The position numbers and the translations under genes were made by a program. A DNA stretch of 64,000 nucleotides from Thalassobaculaceae bacterium. Its GTDB lineage: Bacteria > Pseudomonadota > Alphaproteobacteria > Thalassobaculales > Thalassobaculaceae. This document shows positions 40,150-50,952 of this stretch, one piece after another; within the stretch, counting starts at the first letter, position 1, and each line of letters opens with the position of its first letter. The notes beneath the pieces are model-generated. The model was given only the letters and a program-made list of their open reading frames with translations, had not been told where the DNA came from and ran no database searches. The stretch is taken from NCBI GenBank assembly GCA_965228875.1, contig OZ245843.1, positions 2,276,616-2,340,615 on the forward strand, in the 5' to 3' direction.

Positions 40150-40373
40150 GTCTACGGCGGAATGGCGTTTCTCAATTAGGCTACGACTGGCTTGCTGGTG
40201 ATAAATCAGAAAGCCGAAAAAATGTGCCCCAACAGCGTTTTAGAACGCTGTGTCGAACACACCAAACTTACAATCTAAGCGGCTGAAATGCGACGGCAAG
40301 AGTGCGCTACAGGTGCGCTACGCCTCTGCAGGCGCCGCGCATCCATGTAACGCATTGAAAATATAAAAGAAAG

Positions 40374-40450
40374 TGGTAGCGGAGGAGGGACTTGAACCCC
40401 CGACACGCGGATTATGATTCCGCTGCTCTAACCAGCTGAGCTACTCCGCC
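40374..40450 (-). tRNA. tRNA-Met (CAT), elongator type
   Basis: GGCGGAGTAGCTCAGCTGGTTAGAGCAGCGGAATCATAATCCGCGTGTCGGGGGTTCAAGTCCCTCCTCCGCTACCA; cloverleaf with encoded CCA. Confidence 0.95.
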
Positions 40451-41694
40451 ACGGAGACCGGCGATATACGGGGGGGGCTCGCCGGTGTCAAGCGCCGTGG
40501 GGTCGGTTCGGCGCGGGTCGCATCGGTTCCCAGGATCCAGCCGCCGCCGAGGACCCGCTCGCCCGTGCCGGAGCCGGAAGCAAGACCGTAGAACACCGCC
40601 GCCTGGCCGGCGGAGATGCCGAACTGCGGATCGTCGAGCTCCAGCCAGGCGCCGTCGCCGTCTGCCCGTAGTATCCCAGGCACCGGATCCTGGGCGGAGC
40701 GCAGCTTCGCCGCCACCCGCACGCCGCCGCCCCCGGCGGCGAGTTCCCCCAGACCGAGCCAGTTGACCCGGCCGACCCGGACCCGCGACGCCCCCAGCGC
40801 CTCGCGCGGACCGACGACGACGCGGCGGCGCTCCGGCTCAAGGCGCACGACGTAGAGTGGATCGGTATCCGGGGTCCCGTCCTCGCCCTTGCGGCCGCCG
40901 ATGCCGAGCCCCCGGCGCTGGCCGACCGTGTAGTGCACGATCCCCTCGTGCCGCCCCATCACGGTGCCGTCCAGATGCACGATCTCGCCCGGATCGGCCG
41001 CATCGGGGCGGAGTTTCCTGACAATCTCGGCGTAGTTGCCGTTCGGTACGAAGCAGATGTCCTGACTGTCCGGCTTGTCCTGGACGACGAGCCCGAGCCG
41101 CCGGGCCTGGTCCCGGGTCTGCTCCTTGGTCAGGCCGCCGAGCGGGAAGCGCAGGAAAGCGAGCTGCTCGCGGGTGGTGGCGAACAGGAAATAGCTCTGA
41201 TCCTTGGCCGGATCGACGGCGCGGTGCAGCTCCGGTCCCTGCGGTCCGGCGACCCGGCGCACGTAATGTCCGGTGGCCAGCGCCTCGGCGCCGAGATCGC
41301 GGGCCGTCGCCAGGAGATCGCGGAACTTGACCGTCTGGTTGCAGCGCACGCAGGGGATCGGCGTCTCGCCCCGCAGGTAGCTGTCGGCGAAGTCGTCGAT
41401 CACGCTCTCGCGGAACCGGCTCTCGTAGTCGAGCACGTAGTGCGGGATGCCGATGCGCTCGGCGACCATGCGGGCGTCGTGGATGTCCTGGCCGGCGCAG
41501 CACGCACCCTTGCGGCCGACCGCGCCGCCATGGTCGTAGAGCTGCAGGGTGATGCCGACCACGTCGTACCCCGCCTCCGCCAGCAGCGCGGCGGTGACCG
41601 AACTGTCGACGCCGCCGGACATGGCGACGACGACGCGGCGCTCGGCGCGCGGGCCGGCCAGGCCGAGATCGAGATCGGGGACAGGATCGCTCAT
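40441..41694 (-). CDS. mnmA: tRNA 2-thiouridine(34) synthase
   Basis: [11 protein letters not shown]-loop, [37 protein letters not shown] and GQAAVFY. Confidence 0.95.
   Translation of the reverse strand: MSDPVPDLDLGLAGPRAERRVVVAMSGGVDSSVTAALLAEAGYDVVGITLQLYDHGGAVGRKGACCAGQDIHDARMVAERIGIPHYVLDYESRFRESVIDDFADSYLRGETPIPCVRCNQTVKFRDLLATARDLGAEALATGHYVRRVAGPQGPELHRAVDPAKDQSYFLFATTREQLAFLRFPLGGLTKEQTRDQARRLGLVVQDKPDSQDICFVPNGNYAEIVRKLRPDAADPGEIVHLDGTVMGRHEGIVHYTVGQRRGLGIGGRKGEDGTPDTDPLYVVRLEPERRRVVVGPREALGASRVRVGRVNWLGLGELAAGGGGVRVAAKLRSAQDPVPGILRADGDGAWLELDDPQFGISAGQAAVFYGLASGSGTGERVLGGGWILGTDATRAEPTPRRLTPASPPRISPVSVAE
40463..40491 (-). promoter_or_regulatory. sigma70-like promoter of tRNA-Met
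   Basis: TTGACA (40491-40486), 17-bp spacer, TATATC (40468-40463). Confidence 0.65.
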
Positions 41695-41758
41695 GGCCGA
41701 GACATATGACGGCGCCGGCCCGGTATCGCAAGTCCGGCGGCCCCGGGCCAGTCCGGCA

Positions 41759-42463
41759 TCAGCCGGCCGCGTCGAGCCCCATCTGCCAGAACCCGACCTC
41801 CAGTTCCGTCGCCGCGGCGAAGGTCCGAGCCAGAGAGTCGAACCGCGCCTCCCCGCCGCGGCGGGCCGCCAGGCGCTCGAGAAGCTCTCCGGAGCCGCGG
41901 GCGACGTCCATGTACTCGTCGCCGGAATACATCGCGATCCAGGCCTCGTAGGGGTTGGCGTCGCCGCGCAGAGTCGCCGGGTCGCCGGCCAGACGGGCGC
42001 CAATCACCCCATAACCGACCACACAGGGCACCAGCGCGGCGTGCAGGTCGAGCACGTCGCCGGCCAGACCGCGGTCGAGCACGAACCGGGTATAGGCGAC
42101 GCAGGCCGGATCCTCCGGCACCGCCGCCATCTCCGCCTCGTTCAGCCCCCAGCCCGCACAGTACCGCACATGCAGGCTCATCTCGGTGTCGAGGAGCGCG
42201 TTGACGGTGGCCGCGGCGGCGCGCATGTCCGCGAGATCGTCGGCCTTGTACACCGCCAGGGCGTAGGCCCGGGCGAAGTGGATCAGGAACAGGTAGTCCT
42301 GCGCCAGATAGTGGCGGAACGCGTCCGGCGCCAGCGTCCCGTCGGCCATGCCGGCGACGAACGGGTGGGTCGTGTAGCGCTCCCAGGCGTCGGGACAGGC
42401 GTCGATCAGGCGGCCAAGGAAGGATCCGGCGGGCACGATGTCCGTGCGGTCGAACTCGGTCAT
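41759..42463 (-). CDS. tenA: thiaminase II / aminopyrimidine aminohydrolase
   Basis: [26 protein letters not shown] and E..FW. Confidence 0.85.
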   Translation of the reverse strand: MTEFDRTDIVPAGSFLGRLIDACPDAWERYTTHPFVAGMADGTLAPDAFRHYLAQDYLFLIHFARAYALAVYKADDLADMRAAAATVNALLDTEMSLHVRYCAGWGLNEAEMAAVPEDPACVAYTRFVLDRGLAGDVLDLHAALVPCVVGYGVIGARLAGDPATLRGDANPYEAWIAMYSGDEYMDVARGSGELLERLAARRGGEARFDSLARTFAAATELEVGFWQMGLDAAG

Positions 42464-43596
42464 TCGGCGGTGCTCTCGTCAGCGGAGGCGGAAGGGCGGG
42501 CGGCGGGGGACAGACGGTCGCGCATCGCCCCCCAGGCCCGCAAGAGCCTATCGACGTCGACCACCCCGGTGGCCCATCCGAGACTGATCCGGATCGCCTC
42601 GCCGGCGACGGGGTCGCCCGGTGCCATCGCGTCGAGAACATGGGAGCGGCGGACCTTACCGGAGGAGCAGGCGGAACCGGCGCTGACCGCGACCCCGGCC
42701 AGATCCAGCGCCATGACCTGCGTCTCCGCCGCCACCCCCGGCAGGGCGACGGAGAGGGTATTGGACAACCGGTCGGCGTCCGCACCCATGACGCGGATCT
42801 CGGGGGCCCGGGCACGGAGCCCCACCTCGATCCGGTCCCGCAGACCGCGCAGCCGGTGCGCCTCGGCCTCCCGGTCGTCGGCGGCGATGCGCGCCGCGAC
42901 GGCGAAACCGGCGATGCCGACATCGTTCTCCGTACCGGATCGGCGGCCGCGCTCCTGCCCGCCGCCGGCGATCAGCGGCGTCACGGTCAGGCCGTCGCGG
43001 ACCACCAGGGCGCCGACGCCCGGCGGGCCGCCAAGCTTGTGGGCGGAAAGCGCGATCGAGTCGGCGCCGGCGAGGGCGGCGGGATCGAGCCGCCCCGCCC
43101 CCTGGACAGCGTCCACATGGAGCAGCCATCCGGCGGCGTGCGCCAGGGCGGCGGCCTCCGCCACGGGCTGCACGACGCCCGTCTCGTTGTTCGCCCACTG
43201 GAGGCAGAGCAGACCCGGATGGTCGGGATCGAGCGCCGTGTCCAGGGCGCCGAGATCGACCACGCCGGCGGATGTGACCGGGATGCGGGGCGCGTCGGGA
43301 GCGGCGGCGAGGATCGCGTCGTGCTCGATCGCGCTCACCAGCAACCGCCGGCGCCCGAGGCCGCGGACGGCGAGCGCGTCCGCCTCGGTGCCGCCGGAGG
43401 TGAAGATGACGTCACCGTCATCGCGGCCGACCAGGGCTGCGACCGACGCGCGGGCGCTCTCGATGCGGTGGCGCGCGGCCCGGCCAGAGGCGTGGACCGA
43501 CGACGCATTGCCGTGCGCGCCCGCCGCTTCGATCAGCGCCTCGATCACCTCCGGGCGGATCGGTGCGGTTGCGTTGTAGTCGAGATAAAGGACCAT
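42460..43596 (-). CDS. cysteine desulfurase (NifS/IscS family)
   Basis: YLDYNATAP, FTSGGTE, ANNETG, SAHKLGGP and SAGSACSSG. Confidence 0.92.
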   Translation of the reverse strand: MVLYLDYNATAPIRPEVIEALIEAAGAHGNASSVHASGRAARHRIESARASVAALVGRDDGDVIFTSGGTEADALAVRGLGRRRLLVSAIEHDAILAAAPDAPRIPVTSAGVVDLGALDTALDPDHPGLLCLQWANNETGVVQPVAEAAALAHAAGWLLHVDAVQGAGRLDPAALAGADSIALSAHKLGGPPGVGALVVRDGLTVTPLIAGGGQERGRRSGTENDVGIAGFAVAARIAADDREAEAHRLRGLRDRIEVGLRARAPEIRVMGADADRLSNTLSVALPGVAAETQVMALDLAGVAVSAGSACSSGKVRRSHVLDAMAPGDPVAGEAIRISLGWATGVVDVDRLLRAWGAMRDRLSPAARPSASADESTAE

Positions 43597-43736
43597 CGCG
43601 GAATCGCCGCCTCGGGGTCGCGGGGAACGCGGTTCGGACGATCAGGCTTAGGACCCGCGGGCCGGCCGGTCAACGGTCGTGCCGCCGCTTTCTGCCCGAC
43701 CGGCTGACGCTGGGAGCCAAGCGGCAGCGGGCGCGC

Positions 43737-44228
43737 TCAGTCGCCGGCGGCCTGGAGCGTCGGCGCCTTCGACCGCGATGGTTTCAATTCCGCTGGCGTC
43801 GCCCCCGCTGCCCCCGGCACCCGGCCGGCCAGCACGTCTTCGACGCTCACCCGGCCGAGGAACCAGAGAATCTGGTTACCGAGCTGATCCCACAGGTCAT
43901 GGGTCAGACAGCTCTGACCGGCACGCGCGCAGCGCTCGGAAAGGTCCGGCGCGTTCCTGTCTCTGTCGGCTTCCGCCTCCACCGCCTGGATGATCGCAGC
44001 GATGGAGATGTCGGCCAGCGGCGCCGCCGGCAGATAGCCGCCTCCCGGGCCGCGAACGCTCTTCACCAGACCGCCGCGGCGAAGCCGGGCGAACAATTGC
44101 TCCAGGTAGGACAACGAGATTTCCTGGCGCTGGGCGATGTCCGCGAGCGACACGGGTTTCCCGCCCGATCTGGACGCGAGGTCGCACATCGCCATCACGG
44201 CATATCGGCTCTTCGTGCTGAGTCTCAC
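43737..44228 (-). CDS. Rrf2-family (IscR-like) transcriptional regulator
   Basis: RLSTKSRYAV, ISLSYLEQLF, SVRGPGGGY and CLTHDLW; GTG start inferred. Confidence 0.88.
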   Translation of the reverse strand: MRLSTKSRYAVMAMCDLASRSGGKPVSLADIAQRQEISLSYLEQLFARLRRGGLVKSVRGPGGGYLPAAPLADISIAAIIQAVEAEADRDRNAPDLSERCARAGQSCLTHDLWDQLGNQILWFLGRVSVEDVLAGRVPGAAGATPAELKPSRSKAPTLQAAGD

Positions 44229-44536
44229 GATCAGACCTCCCCCGTGCCCGCGCTCCGGCCTGTCGCCACCGCATCGGACAATTATTCGAGCGTGGGGAGG
44301 TCCCGTTCCCAACGCATCTTTGAGCCGTCACAAAACTAGGTCGCGAATTGGGGTTGTTCAAGGCGCAGAGCCGGCCGAACGTGGCGATGGACGGCGGCTT
44401 CGGCGACCGCCGCCTTGATGTCGCGGCCGTCCATCCCGATCTCCCATCGGCCGCCCGGCTCCGCGACGGATTAGACAAGTCGGGCGGGGCGCGCTATTTG
44501 GTCCCGTTCCACGCCGTTCCGGAGGATTCCGCCAGC

Positions 44537-45196
44537 ATGCCCGAGGTCATGATCAACGGCCCCGAGGGCCGCATCGAAGCGCGTTACCTGCACGCCCAGG
44601 AGCCCGGCGCGCCGATCGCCTTGATGCTGCACCCGCATCCGCAGCACGGCGGCACCATGAACAACAAGGTCGTGTACTCGCTCTACCAGACCTTCGTGGA
44701 CCGCGGTTTCTCGACCCTGCGGTTCAATTTCCGCGGCGTCGGCCGCTCCCAGGGCGTCTACTCCGGCGGCGAGGGTGAACTGTCCGATGCCGCCTCGGCG
44801 CTCGACTGGCTGCAGACGTACAATCCCAACGCGCGCTACTGCTGGATCGCCGGCTTCTCGTTCGGCGCCTGGATCGGGATGCAGTTGCTCATGCGCCGTC
44901 CGGAGATCAGCGGGTTCGTCTCGATCGCCCCGCCGGCCAACCTGTTCGACTTCACCTTCCTCGCCCCGTGCCCGGCCTCCGGTCTGGTCGTCAACGGCGA
45001 CAAGGACGACATCGTTCCGCCGGATTCGGTGAAGAAGCTCGTCGACAAGCTGTCGACCCAGAAGGGCATCACGATCACCCACAACGTGATCAAGGGCGCC
45101 AACCACTTCTTCGGCCCCCAGATCGACAATCTGAGCACCATGGTCGGCGACTACCTCGACGCCAACGTCCCGGCCGCGGAGCCCGAAGAGACGTAA
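44537..45196 (+). CDS. alpha/beta hydrolase (conserved alphaproteobacterial, Fe-S locus associated)
   Basis: HPHPQHGGTMNNKV, RFNFRGVG, GFSFG and HFF. Confidence 0.9.
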   Translation: MPEVMINGPEGRIEARYLHAQEPGAPIALMLHPHPQHGGTMNNKVVYSLYQTFVDRGFSTLRFNFRGVGRSQGVYSGGEGELSDAASALDWLQTYNPNARYCWIAGFSFGAWIGMQLLMRRPEISGFVSIAPPANLFDFTFLAPCPASGLVVNGDKDDIVPPDSVKKLVDKLSTQKGITITHNVIKGANHFFGPQIDNLSTMVGDYLDANVPAAEPEET

Positions 45197-46302
45197 CGAC
45201 GGCCGCCGGTTCGCGCCGACGCGACCCCCGTCGTCCCCGGGAAGGTAATATCGAGCCCGAGGATCGAGCGAACCGCGAGGTAGGCGAAGGCCTGCGCCTC
45301 CAGGGCGTCCCCATCCCATCCGAGGCTGTCGGCATCGACCACCGGGGCCGACACCGCCGCGGCGATCGCCGCCATCAGGGCCGGGTTGTGGCGCCCGCCG
45401 CCGGTCGCGATCCAGCGGGTCGGCGGCGCGGGAAACCACCGGGCGGACGCGGCGATGGTCTCGGCACTGAACGCCACCAGGGTCGCGGCCCCGTCCTCCG
45501 GCGACAGCCCCGCGACCGCATCGGCGACCCGGCCGTGAAAGGCGTCGCGGTCGAGCGACTTGGGCGGCGGCCGCTCGAAATACGGATCCGCCAGCATCCG
45601 CGCCAGCCGATCGCGATCGACACGCCCGGCCCGGGCAAGCGCCCCGTCCTCGTCGAACATCCGCCCGAGCGTCCGCCAGCACCAGTCGTCGATCGGCGCG
45701 TTGCCGGGACCGGTGTCGAAGGCGATCAGGTCACCCTCGCCGCGACCGAGCCAGGTGACGTTGGCCACCCCGCCCATGTTCAGCACCACCACCGGCCGCG
45801 CCTCCGCTCCGGCGAGCGCGCGGTGGAACACCGGCGCCACCGGCGCCCCCTGGCCGCCGGCCGCCATGTCGGCGAGACGCAGGTCGCCGACCACGTCGAT
45901 GCCCAGATGGTCCGCCAGGCGCTGGCTGAGGCCGATCTGGCGGGTACGACCGACATCAGGCTCGTGCAGCACCGTATGGCCATGGAAGCCGACGATATCC
46001 ACGTCGGCCGCCGCCAGCCCCGCGCGGCGCATCAGTTCGCGCACGGCATCGCGATGCAGGTCGGTGATCTCCACCTCGACCTCATCCATGTCTGCGGTGC
46101 CTGCGTCTGCGGTGCCTGCGTCTGCGATGCCCGCGATCGCGGCACGCAGCCGACCGCGGAACGCATCGTCATAGGCCAGGGTCAGCGCGGGGCCGGTTTC
46201 CAGATGGTCGCGGCCGTCGGTTACCAGCAGGGCGGCGTCGACACCGTCCATGGAGGTACCGCTCATCAGGCCGATGGCGGTGAAGCGGGTGTTCTGGGTC
46301 AT
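45151..46302 (-). CDS. anmK: anhydro-N-acetylmuramic acid kinase
   Basis: IGLMSGTSMDGVD, GFHGHT, GGQGAP, FDTGPGN, PKSLDR and GGGRHN; divergent from tyrS. Confidence 0.93.
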   Translation of the reverse strand: MTQNTRFTAIGLMSGTSMDGVDAALLVTDGRDHLETGPALTLAYDDAFRGRLRAAIAGIADAGTADAGTADMDEVEVEITDLHRDAVRELMRRAGLAAADVDIVGFHGHTVLHEPDVGRTRQIGLSQRLADHLGIDVVGDLRLADMAAGGQGAPVAPVFHRALAGAEARPVVVLNMGGVANVTWLGRGEGDLIAFDTGPGNAPIDDWCWRTLGRMFDEDGALARAGRVDRDRLARMLADPYFERPPPKSLDRDAFHGRVADAVAGLSPEDGAATLVAFSAETIAASARWFPAPPTRWIATGGGRHNPALMAAIAAAVSAPVVDADSLGWDGDALEAQAFAYLAVRSILGLDITFPGTTGVASARTGGRRYVSSGSAAGTLASR

Positions 46303-46416
46303 GGCCGCAGTCTCCGGTGAGTCGGCGCGGTTTGTCACCCATGCCCGTACTTCATCCCACACCGCGCCTGTGCTACATCGCCTCGCCCGCAACAGAAGCA
46401 ACCGGCGGACCCAGCC

Positions 46417-47670
46417 ATGTCTACGCCCAAATCGGACTTCCTCAACGCGATCACCGAGCGCGGCTTCTTCCACCAGTGCACTGACCTGGAGGCGCTGGAC
46501 CGCGAACTGACAGAGGGCATGGTCACCGCGTATATCGGCTTCGACTGCACCGCCGACAGCCTGCATGTGGGGTCGCTGCTGCAGATCATGATGCTGCGCT
46601 GGCTGCAGAAGACCGGCAACAAGCCGATCGTGCTGATGGGCGGGGGCACTTCGAAGGTCGGCGACCCGTCGTTCAAGGACGAGGCGCGCAAGCTGCTGAG
46701 CGAAGAGGATATCGCCCGCAACAAGGCCGGCATCCAGACCATCTTCGACAAGTATCTGAGCTTCGGCGACGGCCCGAGCGATGCCGTGATGGTCGACAAC
46801 GCCGACTGGCTCGACAAGCTCGAGTACATCAAGTTCCTGCGCGACTACGGCGCCCATTTCTCCGTGAACCGGATGCTGAGCTTCGACAGCGTGAAGCTGC
46901 GCCTGGACCGCGAACAGTCGCTGAGCTTCCTCGAGTTCAACTACATGATCCTGCAGGCCTACGACTTCCTGGAGCTGCGCCGGCGCTACGGCTGCGTGCT
47001 GCAGATGGGCGGATCGGACCAGTGGGGCAACATCGTCAACGGCGTCGAACTGACCCGCCGGGTCGACCAGCAGACGATCTACGGCCTGACCTCACCGCTG
47101 ATCACCACGTCGTCCGGCGCCAAGATGGGCAAGACCGCCCAGGGCGCGATCTGGCTGAACGAGGACCGGCTCAGCGTCTATGACTTCTGGCAGTACTGGC
47201 GCAACACCGAGGACGGCGACGTCGGCCGGTTCCTGCGGCTGTTCACCGAGATGCCGCTGGACGAGATCGCCCGGCTCGAAAAACTCGGCGGGGCCGAGAT
47301 CAACGAAGCCAAGAAGGTCCTCGCCACCGAGATCACCAAGCTCTGCCACGGGGAAGAGGCGGCGATCGCCGCGGCCGAAACCGCGCACCAGACCTTCGTC
47401 GCCGGCGCGGCGAGCGAGGGCCTGCCGACCGTCGACATCCCCCGCGCCGATCTCGTTGCCGGGATCGCCATAGTCGATGCGCTCGTCGAGGCCGGTCTGG
47501 CGGCGTCCAAGGGCGAGGCGAGGCGACTGATCCGCGGCGGCGGGGCCCGGGTGAACGACGCCGCGGTCGCCGACGAGGCGGCGACCGTCGGCGGCGACGC
47601 CCTGGACGGTGACGGCGTCGTCAAGCTGTCGGCGGGAAAGAAGCGCCACGCCCTGCTGCGCGCGGTCTGA
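46417..47670 (+). CDS. tyrS: tyrosine--tRNA ligase
   Basis: [28 protein letters not shown] and C-terminal S4 domain. Confidence 0.97.
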   Translation: MSTPKSDFLNAITERGFFHQCTDLEALDRELTEGMVTAYIGFDCTADSLHVGSLLQIMMLRWLQKTGNKPIVLMGGGTSKVGDPSFKDEARKLLSEEDIARNKAGIQTIFDKYLSFGDGPSDAVMVDNADWLDKLEYIKFLRDYGAHFSVNRMLSFDSVKLRLDREQSLSFLEFNYMILQAYDFLELRRRYGCVLQMGGSDQWGNIVNGVELTRRVDQQTIYGLTSPLITTSSGAKMGKTAQGAIWLNEDRLSVYDFWQYWRNTEDGDVGRFLRLFTEMPLDEIARLEKLGGAEINEAKKVLATEITKLCHGEEAAIAAAETAHQTFVAGAASEGLPTVDIPRADLVAGIAIVDALVEAGLAASKGEARRLIRGGGARVNDAAVADEAATVGGDALDGDGVVKLSAGKKRHALLRAV

Positions 47671-47688
47671 GCGTCCCGGGGTCCGGTC

Positions 47689-50600
47689 CTACCGGCCCCG
47701 GCTCTCGTCCAGTCCCGGGCTCGGCGCCGGTGTCCAGGTCGCCGGCCCCTCGCCCGGGCGGCTGGCGGCGTCGATGATGTCGCGCAGAAAGCCCGGAGCC
47801 AGGGCGGTCAGCGGATTGACGGTGATCTGCGGTTCCTGGGAGGTGCCGGTCACGGCATAGGACGTGGCGAGCAGCCCCTCCCCTTCGCCGCCGGTGAGCA
47901 GCTCGCCGATCACGGGAACCACGTCGATCAGCCGAGACAGGGAATAGGCCGGCGCGATCAGTCCGCGGATATCGATCGTATCGTCGTTGCGACCCAGCGT
48001 GCCCTCCACCTTCAGGCCGAGGCCGGGTCCGTACGCCAGGCCTTTGCCGATCCGGATGATGTCCGGACCGAGGTCGATGTCGCCGGTCGCCCGGGCGAAG
48101 CGGATGCCGTCGCCGGACAGGGTGTCGAACAGACCGGTGAAGGACGCGACCGACAGCAACCGGGCGAAGACCGGCGCGTCGGCGATGCGGAACTCGTCGA
48201 TGCGCACGGCGAGATCCATGGCGTCGCCGAACCCGTTGCCGATCAGTTCGCCGTCCACCCGCAGCCGACCGCCACGGATCGAGTCCGCGATGCCGAAGGC
48301 ACGCAGGAAACTGCCGGCGTCATTGGTCGCGACCGTCACCAGACGCCGTCCCTGGGCCGGCTGCACCACGAGGCGCATCGGCTCCCCCAGGAGCCGTCCG
48401 GTCAGGCCCAAGTCTTCTATACGCGGGCCGGCCTGGCGGACTGACAGCGTTCCCTCCTTCAGGGAGACGCCGTCGAGCAGATGCAGGGTATCGGCGACGA
48501 ACCGCGCCTCGATGCGTCGGGTCGTCGCCTCGTCGCTAGTGTCGGACGTCAGCGGCAGGAGGTCGATGACCGGCCCCTCCATGGCGATCCGCAGACTGCC
48601 GTCGCTCGCGCTCGTCACTCGGCCCGCCGCCTCCGTCCGGCCGAGACGGAACCTGGACAGCGATGTGATCGACCCGCCCGCCTCGGGAAAATCGACCGCA
48701 CCCGCCGCGAACAGGGGACCGGCGCGGAACTCGAACCCTGGGATCGACAGCACGCCGTCGGCGGTCCGGCTGACATCGACGCGCACGATGCCGACGGAAT
48801 CCGCCGGTTTCGACCACGCCAGGTCCGACACCACCATCGCCGTGCCCTGAAGGTCGGCGTCGATCGTGGCCGTGAGATGACCGGAGATGTCGGTGTTCAC
48901 CTTGGCGTCGACGGCGACCGGACCCGAGGCGAAATCGCTCAGATCCAGCCCGAACGTGGCCAGTTGTGCAACGTCGGGTGTCGCCTGCAGGGAAGACCGC
49001 GAGCGGAACGGACCGGTGTCCTGGAACCGCTCCTCATGGGTTATTGTCGCCGGGACCCCGCCGATCCTCGCCTCGCCGGCCAGAGTCAGGCCGGCCCCTG
49101 TCAGGTTGAGGGCCAGGGACCCGTCGGTCAGCGGCTGGCCGGCCAGAACGTCCGGTACGACCGCGCCGCGCAGGTTGGCCGCCGCGGCGATGCCGATGTC
49201 CTCGACCTGGAGAGTCCTCAGAAGCGGGATCTCGAAACGCAGCCTGGCCCCGAACTCCCCATCCGTCGCCTCGGCGTCGAGACCGATGCGCGTCGGATAG
49301 CCGAGCGGCTCCCGGTCGATCAGTTCGAGCGCCTCGCGGACCGGACCGCGCACGACGACATCGAGGTCCGCGCGCTCGCCCACGTCCCGGTCCAGGTTGA
49401 CGAGGGCAATGGTCGACGGCTCGACCTCCATGGTGCCGAGACGGCCGCCCTGGACGTCGATGTCCATGCGCGTCGCGTCGAACACGGCACTCCCCCGTGT
49501 CGCGACCACGGGCGGCAGAGGGCGGAAGTAGTGGGTCTCGACGCCCTCGAAATCGATCTTGCCGGTCAGGGCGTCGAGGTCGTGCACCGACGGATCGGTC
49601 GCGTCGACCCACCCCTCGGCCCGCAGGGTCGCGGTGGTGACGCGCCCTTCGCGCAGGTTCTCGGTGACCCATTCGCGGGCACCGTCGGACACCGTCTCCG
49701 GCCAGTACCGCTCGATGCTGTTCACCGGCAGGTCCGACACGACGGCATCCACGATCATGGCATAGCCTGCGCGGTCCCGGTTGGCCCGCGCCTTCAGCGC
49801 CACCAGGGTTCCGTCGAGGTCGAGCGAGCCGTCGAGGGCGATCCATTCGACCGCCGGTGCGACGTTCACGGTGACATTCCCGCCAGCCACGTCGAGCCAG
49901 TCCGCATTGACCTCGGGAATGCGCACGCGACCGGCGCCGAACGTGAGCCGCGCGATCCCGCCGACGCCGCTTCCGTCGAGCGCGGAGTCGATCTCGACGC
50001 GCCCCGACACCGGCAGGTCCAGGTCGCCGAACCGCGCCAGCCGCGGCTCGATCGCGGTCAGCGCCTCGGGCCCCAGCAGATCGAACCGCAGGTCCGCGTG
50101 CACCCGGTTGCTCTCCGGACGATACTCGCCGACGACCGACACCGGAGTCGGCGCCGCGCCGGGCCACTCGGCGCGCCCGCTCATCCGAAAGCTCATGCCC
50201 TCGGCCACCAGTTCGATACCGCCGGAGACGTTTGTCAGCACATGGGTCCGCGCCCGCGTGTCGTCGACCAGTCGGACCGTCGCGCCGCGAACCTCGGCCG
50301 CACGCAGGTAGGAAAGGCTGCCTCCCAGGGGCTGGTCATCGACCATCGGGCCGAGCATCGCGCCGAGGTCCACCGGTTCGCGCGCCGCGCCGGTACCGGG
50401 ATCGTTGGGGGTCAGCGTCCAGGCCCCGTCGGCGCCCTTGACCACGGTCACCACGGGATGGAGCACGTCGATGCGCTTCGGCGCCAGCCGTCCGGACAAC
50501 AGCGCCTCGGGGCTGAGGGCGACCGAAACGGCACCGATTCGCGCCCGCACCGCTCCCTCGCGGTCGACGACCACCACGTCCTGGGCGACCACGTCGAAGG

Positions 50601-50817
50601 CCCGTTCCCAGGTGCTCAACGCCAGCGTCGCGCGTCCGATCCGCGTACTGATCCCGGCCTGCTCGTCGCTCAAGGCGGCGGCAAGATGATCGCGTGCCCA
50701 GGCGATCTCGATCGGCCCGTCGGACAGTCTCCAGGCGAACGCACCGACGGCGACGACCGTCAGAAGGACGAGCGCGAGCAGGACCTCTAGAAACAGGACC
50801 GTGGTTCTTCTGATCAC
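47689..50817 (-). CDS. YhdP/AsmA-like (DUF3971) lipid-bridge protein
   Basis: N-terminal TM, long beta-rich body, YWP...AREWV and C-terminal PVIG.LL.GGEGEGL...NPLTALAPGFLR; start inferred. Confidence 0.85.
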   Translation of the reverse strand: MIRRTTVLFLEVLLALVLLTVVAVGAFAWRLSDGPIEIAWARDHLAAALSDEQAGISTRIGRATLALSTWERAFDVVAQDVVVVDREGAVRARIGAVSVALSPEALLSGRLAPKRIDVLHPVVTVVKGADGAWTLTPNDPGTGAAREPVDLGAMLGPMVDDQPLGGSLSYLRAAEVRGATVRLVDDTRARTHVLTNVSGGIELVAEGMSFRMSGRAEWPGAAPTPVSVVGEYRPESNRVHADLRFDLLGPEALTAIEPRLARFGDLDLPVSGRVEIDSALDGSGVGGIARLTFGAGRVRIPEVNADWLDVAGGNVTVNVAPAVEWIALDGSLDLDGTLVALKARANRDRAGYAMIVDAVVSDLPVNSIERYWPETVSDGAREWVTENLREGRVTTATLRAEGWVDATDPSVHDLDALTGKIDFEGVETHYFRPLPPVVATRGSAVFDATRMDIDVQGGRLGTMEVEPSTIALVNLDRDVGERADLDVVVRGPVREALELIDREPLGYPTRIGLDAEATDGEFGARLRFEIPLLRTLQVEDIGIAAAANLRGAVVPDVLAGQPLTDGSLALNLTGAGLTLAGEARIGGVPATITHEERFQDTGPFRSRSSLQATPDVAQLATFGLDLSDFASGPVAVDAKVNTDISGHLTATIDADLQGTAMVVSDLAWSKPADSVGIVRVDVSRTADGVLSIPGFEFRAGPLFAAGAVDFPEAGGSITSLSRFRLGRTEAAGRVTSASDGSLRIAMEGPVIDLLPLTSDTSDEATTRRIEARFVADTLHLLDGVSLKEGTLSVRQAGPRIEDLGLTGRLLGEPMRLVVQPAQGRRLVTVATNDAGSFLRAFGIADSIRGGRLRVDGELIGNGFGDAMDLAVRIDEFRIADAPVFARLLSVASFTGLFDTLSGDGIRFARATGDIDLGPDIIRIGKGLAYGPGLGLKVEGTLGRNDDTIDIRGLIAPAYSLSRLIDVVPVIGELLTGGEGEGLLATSYAVTGTSQEPQITVNPLTALAPGFLRDIIDAASRPGEGPATWTPAPSPGLDESRGR

Positions 50818-50952
50818 CGGCGGGGCATCCCGGTCGCGTTGTTCACCGGCATTCCTACCATGATCGCCGGGCCGGGACGACCGCGCGACTTGACCGCGAC
50901 CGCGAGATTTCCGCACTCTCGTGAAGTTCCGATACCGATCACCGAGCCCGCT

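Larger units (their letters stand above)
30981..40419. mobile_element. genomic island integrated in tRNA-Met (defective integrative element)
   Basis: Flanking 49-bp direct repeats, integrase remnant next to the tRNA, abrupt GC drop, IS accumulation. Confidence 0.92.

Noticed and set aside
40232..40251. Palindrome ACAGCGTT-ttag-AACGCTGT upstream of the integrase
   Set aside because: Could be an operator or hairpin, but there is no second copy or cognate regulator to support a call
30981..40419. Prophage or conjugative element
   Set aside because: No structural, replication or transfer genes; only an integrase remnant
45151..45196. 46-bp convergent overlap of anmK and the alpha/beta hydrolase
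   Set aside because: Short 3' overlaps are common in GC-rich genomes; no sign of function
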